Below are positions 23,321 through 33,512 of a DNA stretch of 64,000 bases, piece after piece. Source of the stretch: Paecilomyces variotii (taxonomy: Eukaryota); NCBI GenBank assembly GCA_004022145.1, contig RCNU01000004.1; one strand, 5' to 3'. Position 1 is the stretch's first letter. Each line of letters begins with the position of its first letter. The notes beneath the pieces are model-generated. The model was not told the origin of the DNA and did no database searches. It saw only the letters and a program-made list of their open reading frames with translations. The position numbers and the translations under genes were made by a program.

Positions 23321-23656
23321 CTATCAATAGTGAGTTCTTCGGGGATCAAATGGCCGAAGTGGGATTTTGATTCTAGACGATGCCCTTGGGTGATAGTAAT
23401 AGTTTTATACATTTTCGACAACACGACATTACAAGGCGACTCATTAACACATTTAATCAACATCTTAGGATATTGAAGATACCATGAAAGCCAATATGAC
23501 GTGCTTATCAGACTTATCTATCTCCAAGCTCGATGAAAGCCTGATAAAGGGGGCCTCCGCTGTCAAGCCGCCGGTATGCCGCGGTCCCGTAGGGATGCCG
23601 CCGGTTATCATTTATGAGCCGTATCACAGAATAAAAAATATAACATATGCTTATCT
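23321..23656. promoter_or_regulatory. Bidirectional promoter with clustered HGATAR sites and repeated GCCGCCGGT
   Basis: HGATAR sites on either strand at ~23321, 23391, 23505, 23514, 23518, 23542, 23605 and 23651. GCCGCCGGT occurs at 23567-23575 and 23597-23605, with GCCGCGGT between them. Confidence 0.55.
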
Positions 23657-23745
23657 TCGCAATATTTTGAGTTATTGGCTCAACCATTCCAGTATCAACG
23701 TGAACTTCTTCCCTGTTCATCAACAGCACCCCGTCCGCTCTGGCA

Positions 23746-24912
23746 ATGGAACAAAACACCCTCAAAAGACGAGGTGTCGGCTTGACTGGTGTAGACAAGC
23801 AACGTTCATTTGGAGGCTTCACCCTCTTCTGTCCTTTGACTAGTGACACAGCTCATCTCATTGACATTGATGGGAAGGAGGTGCACTCTTGGAAGCTCCC
23901 AGGCAGAATCGGCCGCCACGCCAGAATTCTACCGAATGGAAATCTTGCCGTCAACACCCTTCGCCCACCTCCCAAACAGACAACGGCGGATGGAGGGCCT
24001 TTTCCGTTCCCATTCTTCAATAAATATGGTGGAGGAGTGATGTCCGAGCTCGACTCGGAGGGAAATGTCGTTCGCCAATTCATTGATCCCTTAGGGCATC
24101 ATGACCAATATCACTACGGCGATGGTCGAATTCTCTATACCTCCCTCGAAGCTCTATCCCCGGAAGATTCAGCCAAGGTCATCGGCGGAGTGCCAGGAAG
24201 TGAGATCGATGGGATCACTTACGCCGATACAATCAACGAAGTTGATGCAGATGGCAAACTCGTTTGGCAATGGAAAGTCTCCGAGCGATTGTCGAGGGAC
24301 GAGTATCCCCTTCAAGCGCACTATACGCGCGAGCACTATCCTCTGATCAACTCTGTCCTGCCTTTGCGAGATGGAAAACACATTCTCGCCTCAATGCGAT
24401 CAGTTTCAGCTGTCGTTATCATTGAAAGATCCACTGGGAACATTGTCTGGAAAGTTGGATCCGAAGTCCTGGCGCAGCAGCACAACGCTACAGAGATGGA
24501 GAACGGAAACATTCTCATCTTTGATAATGGTGCTTTTCGCAACGGTGAATCAATCACATATACTCGAGCAATTGAGGTTGATCGGGCGACCAAAAAGATC
24601 GTCTGGGAGTATCGCGATCGGTCACAGATGCTCTACTTTTTTACTCCATTCATGGGAAGTGCTCAGAGACTTGCTAATGGCAACACCCTTTTGTGTGAGA
24701 GTGCCTTCGGCCGTATCTTTGAAGTTACTGCGGATGGTTATATCTGCTGGGAGTATATCAACCCTCATTTTGCCCCTTACCCGGATGATGTGACCGCGAA
24801 TATCTTCCCGGGAGATTCGAATGCCTTGTTTCGGGCATACCGGTATTCCTTGGAGGAGATTCCCTGGCTCAAGCAAAAGCTGGTCCGATCCAATGGGTCA
24901 AAGTTGATTTGA
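23746..24912 (+). CDS. Arylsulfotransferase (ASST)-like beta-propeller protein, bacterial type, no signal peptide, intronless
   Basis: Repeated propeller blades (LIDIDGKEVHSW, EVDADGKLVWQW, EVDRATKKIVWEY, EVTADGYICWEY) plus motifs GHHDQ, INSV, SMR, QQHNA, ILIFDNG, GSAQRLANGNTLLCE and FRAYRY. Confidence 0.8.
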   Translation: MEQNTLKRRGVGLTGVDKQRSFGGFTLFCPLTSDTAHLIDIDGKEVHSWKLPGRIGRHARILPNGNLAVNTLRPPPKQTTADGGPFPFPFFNKYGGGVMSELDSEGNVVRQFIDPLGHHDQYHYGDGRILYTSLEALSPEDSAKVIGGVPGSEIDGITYADTINEVDADGKLVWQWKVSERLSRDEYPLQAHYTREHYPLINSVLPLRDGKHILASMRSVSAVVIIERSTGNIVWKVGSEVLAQQHNATEMENGNILIFDNGAFRNGESITYTRAIEVDRATKKIVWEYRDRSQMLYFFTPFMGSAQRLANGNTLLCESAFGRIFEVTADGYICWEYINPHFAPYPDDVTANIFPGDSNALFRAYRYSLEEIPWLKQKLVRSNGSKLI

Positions 24913-25404
24913 TCAATGTAAGACTGAAAGTCTGGAGAAAATGTTGGAAAACAGCTGTGACGGAGAATCGCTGATAAACATTGCATGAAAATATAACAGT
25001 CCATTCCTCATATCCAGAGTCTCATAAAACTAGACTTCGACAGCCTTTACCAAATGAGCTTCATAGAGTTTCCATGAATGTACAGTATCCACATCAAAGA
25101 AGCATAAGGCTAAGATTGCAAACTGCATACATACCTAGTACGGAGTAGAAGTTGTCGGGGTCCGGTCGGGATCGGCGTTCCGTCTCGCCGTGATTCCAGT
25201 CTCTCAAGATTGGAATTGATTGCAGAGAGCTTCGAAGCACAGCCACCTTTGCTAAAATCTGCCGAATAGTCAACTATTTTTCATCCTATTTTGTGATGTT
25301 CTGTATACCGTCCTTAAGCACTAGAGCCAGGAATTGATGATAATACCCGGTCGTTGTATTAACAGCACATCTCGATTTCAGCCTGATAGTACACCGTCAA
25401 GGCA

Positions 25405-26938
25405 ATGAGCGGCACGCGAAGGACTCACGTCAAGTCTCGCAATGGATGTGCGCAATGTAAAAAGCGAAGGATAAAGGTATGGAATTATTCCCGGGTGTTC
25501 CTTCGTTCACTATTAATCATTTTAGAGGCATTGCTTGTCTATGTTTAACAAGGCTGATGTATCTGCCTAGTGTGATGAAAGACCCCCATGCTGTGGTAAT
25601 TGTAGCAGACGAGGGATTGAATGCGATTATGGAAATGTATTCAAAACTCATTTCTCAATTTCGGAAACAATACCGGCTTCTTCCAAGAGCGGGCGTCTAA
25701 AGATATCTTTCGAGATTGATAAGCTATCTTACCAAACACAGCAATCCACAAAAGAACAAGCGCTTACAGAAGCACGAACATCTCCCAACATGCACCAGAT
25801 GTCTTCTATGAATGGATTGGATCGACCCTTTGGATCTGGCATCGAGCTAGTGTTCCCTGGATTAGCTCAACAAGATCAAGCACTTTTCCATCATTATATG
25901 ACGGTCACTACACTGAGTATCACGACAGATCTCAAGAGGCTTGATCGGTGGCGAAGCTTCATCCCATCTGCTGCAAAAGAAGCAAAATACACATTGCATT
26001 CTTTACTGGGCTTCTCGGCTCTTCACCTTGCCCATATCAAACGACAAAGGCGACGTGAATATCTCGCAGTCGCTACATCCCATCAATGCCAAGCACTTGC
26101 AACATTCCGCTCCGAGGTTGAAACCATTACCCAGGAAAACGCTACGCCGGTTCTTGTGTTTTCATGTTTCCTGATACTCTACGAGTTGGGTTTAATGCAC
26201 CCGAATCATCAAATCTGCGACGTTCAAGATCCCATCACCAGATTCGTCCAGTCTGTTATGTTGATCCATAACGCTGTAAATTCTTTGCGACAGGTACCCT
26301 GGTTGAAAGTCGGACCCGTCATGCACCTTTTGTTACGGTCTACTAGAGAGAATACACCTAGAGTTCCTCCGGAAGTATATCAAGCACTTGGCCAACTTGA
26401 TATCCTTAACGAGACTACTACGGCGGACGAACATGAACGCCAGACCTACACTGATGCAATCCAGCACTTGAGGGACTGTTTCGAGGTTGTTAGTGTCTCT
26501 CCGGGAGAGTGGCTTCCTTCTCTGCGTTGGGCGAATCTGGTCTCGTCACAATACGTCGAAACGATTCGAGAAAAGCGACCGATGGCGCTTGTAATATTAG
26601 TACATTTCTGCCTATTGGTCCACCATTCGCCTGAACGATGGTGGATGAGAGGATGGAATGAAACTATTGTGAATGAAACAATGCAACTGCTGGACGAGCC
26701 GTGGAGACCGCATTTGCTCTGGGCAGTAGAGTCCATGAGTGATAAACCACTGTTGGAAAGCAGCGGCAAGGGGATCCCAAGTCACGAAAATATCTCCCCT
26801 ACGGAACCAATGTTGAAACGAGCAGCGTCATTTATGCCAGGAGATGCACCAAGCATGCTTCCTCTGCGGTCAATACAAGACGCCCCTCTAGCTTTATTTC
26901 CGCGTACATACAGCCCTCAGTCCGTTCCTTACGTATGA
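25405..26938 (+). CDS. Zn(II)2Cys6 transcription factor (Upc2/sterol-uptake-regulator-like); 2 exons
   Basis: RRTHVKSRNGCAQCKKRRIK, then an intron at 25477-25570, then CDERPPCCGNCSRRGIECDY in frame with ORF 25790-26938 (LFHHYMTVT, LHSLLGFSALHLA, PMALVILVHF, WWMRGW). Confidence 0.9.
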
Positions 26939-27028
26939 GACATTGAAAGAATATGACATATGGACAGTAAATCAACTGTCTGACTGACATATGCCTCCTT
27001 TGGTGACCGACCAACCTGCCAAATATGT

Positions 27029-27517
27029 CTATCTGACCAAATACGCCGGCACACTGATTCCCAACCCCGAAAGGATCACAGGTCTATTGACCTTCTCGAA
27101 AGCCATCACAAGCGCATCAATCTCATCCAACAAGAAATAGATGCGCTTAAATGCAACCAACGAATTCGCCAAAGCCTCCATCTCCCTTCTCATATGGTCT
27201 TTTTTCTGTCGAGTGGATAACAACCAGGAGTCGGGCATCTGCAGAAAGATCTGCTTTAACTGCGCAACTCGCAGAACGCAGTGATCAAGCGTACTGATCA
27301 ACCGCTGCATACCGGCTGGGTCAAGGCCGTACAGGCGACTAGAACGTTCAATGTACCCAAAGCTATGGATGATCATATGCGCGATGTCATAGATGCGTTC
27401 GAAGAGGGGAGGATGGCCATAGAATTTCGAGTATAGGTCACAGACGCGCCGGAGATGCATCGCGTCTTTGAGAAGGCGATCAACTTTCGGTGACAGAGGG
27501 ACGGGTTTATGATTCAT
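27029..27517 (-). CDS. Hypothetical all-helical protein (~162 aa), possibly HeLo-like/STAND N-terminal helical bundle
   Basis: Intronless ORF with amphipathic helices (LISTLDHCVLRVAQLKQIF; KKDHMRREMEALANSLVAFKRIYFLL). The family assignment is only a resemblance. Confidence 0.55.
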   Translation of the reverse strand: MNHKPVPLSPKVDRLLKDAMHLRRVCDLYSKFYGHPPLFERIYDIAHMIIHSFGYIERSSRLYGLDPAGMQRLISTLDHCVLRVAQLKQIFLQMPDSWLLSTRQKKDHMRREMEALANSLVAFKRIYFLLDEIDALVMAFEKVNRPVILSGLGISVPAYLVR

Positions 27518-28028
27518 AGCGGTGAACTTTTGAATCCACATCACGGTCAAGTGTTAAAATAAGAAGTTGCTGTTGTCTAAACTCCGTGGGATTTCGGAAA
27601 CAGTGCTCTTACTATGAGAAGGCATATATACATGGAACAGGCCAGGATAATAGAAGAGAAATACTGTCGAATTTATGATACGTCAGTTAATCTCCTCCAT
27701 CCTTTGTTCAGAAACAAAAAACGGGCTTTACCTCCATTTCCCTCCTACTCGGCCACATCCTACCGACCGACAATGTGACCTGGCTATTCAAGAAGCCCAG
27801 GCAAAGTTGATCCACCACAAAGTGATAGTCTAGGAATCCAGCCATTGAAAAGACAATACCCTACGTCAATACAGAAATTAGACAACTATTCAATATACAT
27901 GTAAATACAATCACAGACAATATGCCAGACAACACTGACCGGAAAGACTAAGTATATAACACCATGAAAAAAATATTTTTTCTTTAATGAATGAACGAAT
28001 AATCACGAAGATACACCTTCACCCCATT

Positions 28029-29081
28029 TTATTGCATCCTATGACTCCCTCTATGCTCATCGCCCAGCGACGATACCAGAGAATCCTCATCTCCATTACC
28101 ATGTCGCCTCGCAGTCGGGCTATCTATATCCGAAACGGGCGATATTATACTTGTCCCATCAGACGGGTCTCTAAAAGGTGATTGAGCGCCCTCGTCTCTC
28201 GAATCTCTCACTCCTCGCGTATCTTCGCTACCTTCCCACCCGTGAAGCGCAGCTAGATTTTCGATCGTCAGGATTGAATGACGCTCATCATTATACATCT
28301 GGCTTCGCTCGCGTGCAGATATAGTCGAATATCGAGGCGGCGGCGGCGGAGGAGGAGGAGGAGAAGGAACATTTGATGGTGGGAGTGGAGAATGCATGAG
28401 CGTTACCTCTGACGCTGTTGTGCTCTGAATAATAGGAGTAGAGATGTTGTGATGCTGGTAAGTCGGTGGAACAGATTCTCTGAACGCAGCATGAGACCAC
28501 CCTACATCCATCTGTCCTCTATCTCCGTTATTTCCCGGTAGAAAAACCGGTCCTGCTTCGCGGCTCATTTCAGGACCAGGGGCAGCTCGGTTGTTCTTAT
28601 TGGCTTTCGAGTTCCTCCTCCGCCGCCAGAGGAGAAAGGCAACGATTGCAATGATTATAGCAACGGATCCAACAACGACTGGTACAACGATAGCGATTGT
28701 TGTTTTCGTATTGGGATGTGGACTACTATCGCTAGGAGCCGTTTCAGATGGACTCGTCTCAGTCGTATACACAGGCGCAATGGTCGATGTAATTGTAGCA
28801 GCAGTAGGCGTCTCTAGTCCCACTGTGTTTGGTGAAGAGGTCACAGATGGTGGATCTGTCAAGGTGCCGACGAAGCTATAACTAGCGGTTTGTGGCAAGG
28901 AGGACAGTGAATTCAGCGATGCTGTGGGTGTGGTTACTGTAAAGTCCGGACCGAGTGATGTAGTAGAGCCAAGTGTTGGACTCCTGAAGCATGGGACTTT
29001 TTGAAATCCATCGCAGTTTGGTGCTTGCTCGGTGGTGCTGTCGGTTTCTCCGAAAGCTGGTGAACGGCCCTCGGAATCCAT
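28029..29081 (-). CDS. Single-pass membrane protein with S/T-rich ectodomain and Pro-rich cytoplasmic tail (Mid2/Wsc-like architecture)
   Basis: S/T-rich stretch, TM helix IAIVVPVVVGSVAIIIAIVAFLLW followed by RRRR, and PPTY/PPRY motifs. The 5' end may extend further through an unrecognised exon. Confidence 0.75.
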   Translation of the reverse strand: MDSEGRSPAFGETDSTTEQAPNCDGFQKVPCFRSPTLGSTTSLGPDFTVTTPTASLNSLSSLPQTASYSFVGTLTDPPSVTSSPNTVGLETPTAATITSTIAPVYTTETSPSETAPSDSSPHPNTKTTIAIVVPVVVGSVAIIIAIVAFLLWRRRRNSKANKNNRAAPGPEMSREAGPVFLPGNNGDRGQMDVGWSHAAFRESVPPTYQHHNISTPIIQSTTASEVTLMHSPLPPSNVPSPPPPPPPPPRYSTISARERSQMYNDERHSILTIENLAALHGWEGSEDTRGVRDSRDEGAQSPFRDPSDGTSIISPVSDIDSPTARRHGNGDEDSLVSSLGDEHRGSHRMQ

Positions 29082-30566
29082 ATTATGGGCTTTGATACTT
29101 AATCAGAACAAAGCGCAGTATGAGGCAGATCCTTAGAGAAATAATGTGAAGCAGTAGCTGCTAATTCTGTGATGTGTATGATGATCAGTCTTAATTCCGT
29201 TTTATTGTTGGCCACACCCCAAGATGTATCATCTCTCACAAAGAAAATAACCGAAAACCCACATAGTTCTTGTCATATATGTTGATTATATTGAGGCATT
29301 TCCGCAAGCATAGTTCTGTGTTGTTCGCAAAGGGCAGCAGAACGTTCAGGGCAAAATGGACACAGCACGAAGCGGGGGAGAGAGAGAGAGAGCGAAAAAA
29401 TGAATTGGCATTATAATAGAGAACAAAGAGATCAGATCTTAGCGCCTATGAGGCGCAGCCAGGATTCACCCTCGTCGCGTTGGGATACAAAGCTGACAGG
29501 AGAGGTGTATGTCACCTCAGCCAATGAGCGAAAACGATCTACATGGTAGAGGCGCGCGCTCAGGATAACACTGCGGTCAGGAACTCGACTAATCGACAAG
29601 GATAAGTAGTCCAATATTTGAGATCGAGCCTGGTTCTAGTTACAGACCTTTGTACTTTTGTTTTCGACCTTTTAGAGAATATAGTAAATGGTAATGGAGA
29701 AATCGTGCGCAAACCACTGTGACTGTTACTCTGTAGTTGTCCTCATCACGAGGACGGTTGTGAACCGAGTGAGACGGTTTCAGGTCCAAATATAGAATCT
29801 TAGCGTATCGCTGAGCAGGCGCTTAGTTGCAGTCCGGGTCTACGAGATACGCAATGTTTTCCAGAGTTAGTTATAGATTACGACGACCATGTTTAAATAG
29901 TCATTCATCTTCTACTCAGCTGAGGAAAGTGGAACGATACCACACGGAAAGAGAGTGAATAAGGTATTTAAAGTATCTGTTGGAGCCTGTCTACGGGCTT
30001 CTCCTACGTCTTTCTAACTCCACCCACACAGATAAATAGGCTGAGCTTGTTGCTAGAGAATTCAAGCTCAGCGAGCTTCGCTCCAAGAATATCTGCTCGT
30101 AGACTAGGATGGGATCGAAAGCAACGAAGGATTTCTATCCAGAGGACGATCTCACGAGGCTCGGAGGCTGTGATGTTGGTCGGGAGTCACGTGTTGGGGG
30201 CCGAATAAAGGATACTTCAGAGGCTAGTAGTTAGCATGCAGAGGAACAAGAGGGAAGACTCGGATAAAAAGGGCCATAAGAGCACGTCGACTATCCCTCG
30301 AGAAGCTCAGCATCGGAGACCTGCAACACTTGATTTATTATTCTTTGAGGAATCGAAACTATCAGATGGACGCTTCACGTGATGATAAGTCACTCGGCTA
30401 GCCGTTGGCCCGTAGAGACGATGACGACCGCGCTATGCCGTGCAAATCGCCGGAGTGACAGTCCCATTATTGCAGAGTCTGAACTGGAACAATGGAAGCG
30501 GGGATCATTCTTATTTTAAATTGAAGTCGATTGTCCCATTCTCGAACCCTAGAATTAACCGGCACA

Positions 30567-31875
30567 ATGAGCGGTTTCCGCGGGGTGATGAAGGATGGAT
30601 GGCATCCAAAAGGCAAAGATGGCGGTCAAGAGAGCTGGCGGAGGGACTTCAAGGGTATTGATCAAGTCGTATGTTAATTACATTTTCCTCGCCGTCTACG
30701 ATGCTTCAATAACTGACTGAGTCTAGGCGGGCTGGTTAGGCAAGGGCAAAGACACCACTCCCCGAGAAGAGCATGTATCTCGTCCGTTGTCGTCTCTGAA
30801 GGATCCCGCATCCTTTGGGCCTCCTCCCAAGCATATCAATTACCATGGTGCTGCTGCTGTCCCGAACAGAACTACACCGGATCGCACGGGTCTGGGTGCA
30901 CCTCTCTCACAGGAGCAGATACAACAACAAAATGCACGTCTGGAGGCTGAGCACTATGCTCAAGAACAAGAAAGCCAGAAACCTCCACCTCCTCCTCGGC
31001 CATATGTTGCCGACACGACTGGCCTGGCTACCAACAACCTTCCCCCTCCCCCGGTTCGACGTATCAACTCTCCTGCGCAGTCGACAACGTCAAGCAGCTC
31101 GAGACCTATGCCCAGCTTACCGCCCCGGCTGCCTGCCAGAAGGAACTCCCCGTCCCAACCGTCGACACCGCCACCGGCATACAGCCCGACACAGGAACCG
31201 GAACCGGAGGCCCACGGGTTCCTGAATCAACATGCGACCTCGAGACTGAGCCAGGCGGGCGTCTCTGTACCTGGCTTAGGTATCGGGGGAACAAATGCCG
31301 GGAGAGATAGCGCACCGCCCACTTCGTCGAGGACGGCTGCCCCCGTGAACGAGCTGCAATCTCGGTTCTCAAGGATGTCGACCACCTCTGCTGCCACCAG
31401 TCAAGAGGACCCCGCACCAGGGACCACAATGACAAGCCACCAGAGCGGTCAGAATCAATTTGCGTCTGAGAGCGGAACAAATAATACACGGAGTATAGGC
31501 TCACGCATCAACGACTTCCGGGATCGCCATAGCGATCAGATTGATGCCGGGAAGAAGCATCTTGATACTGGCAAGAAGAAGATCAGTGGTGTCAACGAGA
31601 AGTACCAGATTACGAACCGGATCAATGGAAAGATCAATGGCTATCTCGACCGGCCTGGAAATAATAACAATAGATCCTCTCCGGCACCACCGCCGCCGCC
31701 GCCTCATACGGGCTCGAATCGACCTTCAATCGCAAGCCCACCGTCGCTGGGCAAGAAGAAACCACCCCCTCCGCCTCCGCCCAAGAAGCCGGGGATGCGA
31801 ACGACCCCCTTGAGTCCGGTCGATGCGCAGTCCCCACTCCCTCCCCCACTACCGTTGGGAACTAAACCCCGCTGA
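30567..31875 (+). CDS. Proline-rich conserved fungal protein (Aim3-like actin-patch protein); 2 exons
   Basis: Exon 1 MSGFRGVMKDGWHPKGKDGGQESWRRDFKGIDQV, intron 30669-30726, then AGWLGKGKD..RPLSSLKDPASFGPPPKH. Multiple PxxP/KKPPPP motifs and a PLGTKPR end. Confidence 0.8.
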
Positions 31876-33512
31876 TCGGTTCTCCCGCTCATCCGCCATG
31901 CTTTGGATTATGGTATATTATTATCGATTGGCACAGCAACATGACGTCTGTATGTAAGAGTATTCGACGGGCAACCAAGGGATTTTCGATTCTTCCGCTT
32001 AAGGATTTTGTCTTTATACATGTTCTTGTATCGGCGTTTGTGCGGGAAATGCATGCAATGCAATACGCTTGGTGTTATAAGCAGTTTACATTCACTGTAC
32101 TTTGCAGACTACTCACTTGGTTATACTCCGTAATCATCCGGTTAACCAATAACATTGATAAGATTGGAAGAATAAGTAACCTCTACTTTATGGTACTACC
32201 TAGGTTAGAATTGAGTCGAGTCGAGTAGCCAATCGAGTGGAATGATTGTATCAAGCAGAAGCTAACTAGTATTGAGCAACAACGAAGAACTCACTTCCTT
32301 AGTTACGTACCAATTAACTATTGTAGTCAATTGCCAGTCGTCAATCACATCAGCAATGAAATCGAATCGATCAGGACGCTGCCGTAGAAAAAGTAATGTA
32401 TTCTAGAAAGTTAGGCTTCTTGCGGATCGACCAAGACTGAAGGCGGATTAACATTCAACAAAATGCAACTGGCCAGTCAGCGTTGACGATCGGATGTATT
32501 CTCCGCCCTTTCTGTGTGCCGTCATGAATGTCAGAAAAAAAGGTTGAGACTCCGGAATAATGATGTTAGTTAGCCGAGCTGCTCTTTGGCCCCAATCGCA
32601 TATGATCGAGCAAATGCCAGAGTGGTGAAATCATATGCATGTGTATAGTATAGAGTATGTATAATTCTTAGGACGCCACTGGGGTCGATACTAAGCTACT
32701 CTTGACTCTTGATAGATCAATCTTCTTCTGATCAGTAATTAATCAATAAATAAAGAAAATAATTGGGATATTCAAGGTCACATGATCATCCCGGAACGGA
32801 AGGCGGAAGGAGAAGCGCGTCGCGTGACGATGACGGCAGTGGCAAAACGAGTACTTATGGGAGAGCAAAAAGTGAGGCCGACAGATGGAGAGAGAAAGAG
32901 AGAAAGAGAGAGAAGATATCAAACCAGGTTAATTTCGGCATTGAACTCATCATCGTTCACGTCACTCGCAATAATGGCCAAGGCAGCACATCCAGCAACG
33001 GTATTTTAGCCTCAATGGTCCCCTCTTCTCGATCAATGAGTCCAGAATCACGCAGAGAGAGCATCGGCCGCCGCTCACCTTGTCGATTTCTGCGCCGAGC
33101 CGAGGTACAAGATCGCGACTAGAAGCCCGAGTTTCCCAACAAATGCGCCTGGTCTCCACACGCCGCGCCGAATCCGCATCTTCCGTCATTCTGAGTTGAG
33201 GAAATTGAGCTCCGGGAGAAAGCGTTGGCGTCGTGGTGAATTCACTTTATTTCTGACCCTTGTGAGCAGGAGAACCAATGGACGAGTGGCCTGGATGGCG
33301 ATAACTAGCTAGGCGGTCTCCTGGAAACTTTTTTTCTACCCCGTTTGTTGAATTGTATCTTTACTGCGCCTGATCCGATTTCCGCTGTATTTCTACTCGA
33401 GAGCCTGCATCTTTTGATCTGACCTTTGCGGCGACTTGGATCCTTCCCGGATTGCTTCTTCTGACTGCACAGACTTGGAAAGAAGAGTCAGCAGAAGCGA
33501 GCTTAAAGCGCC

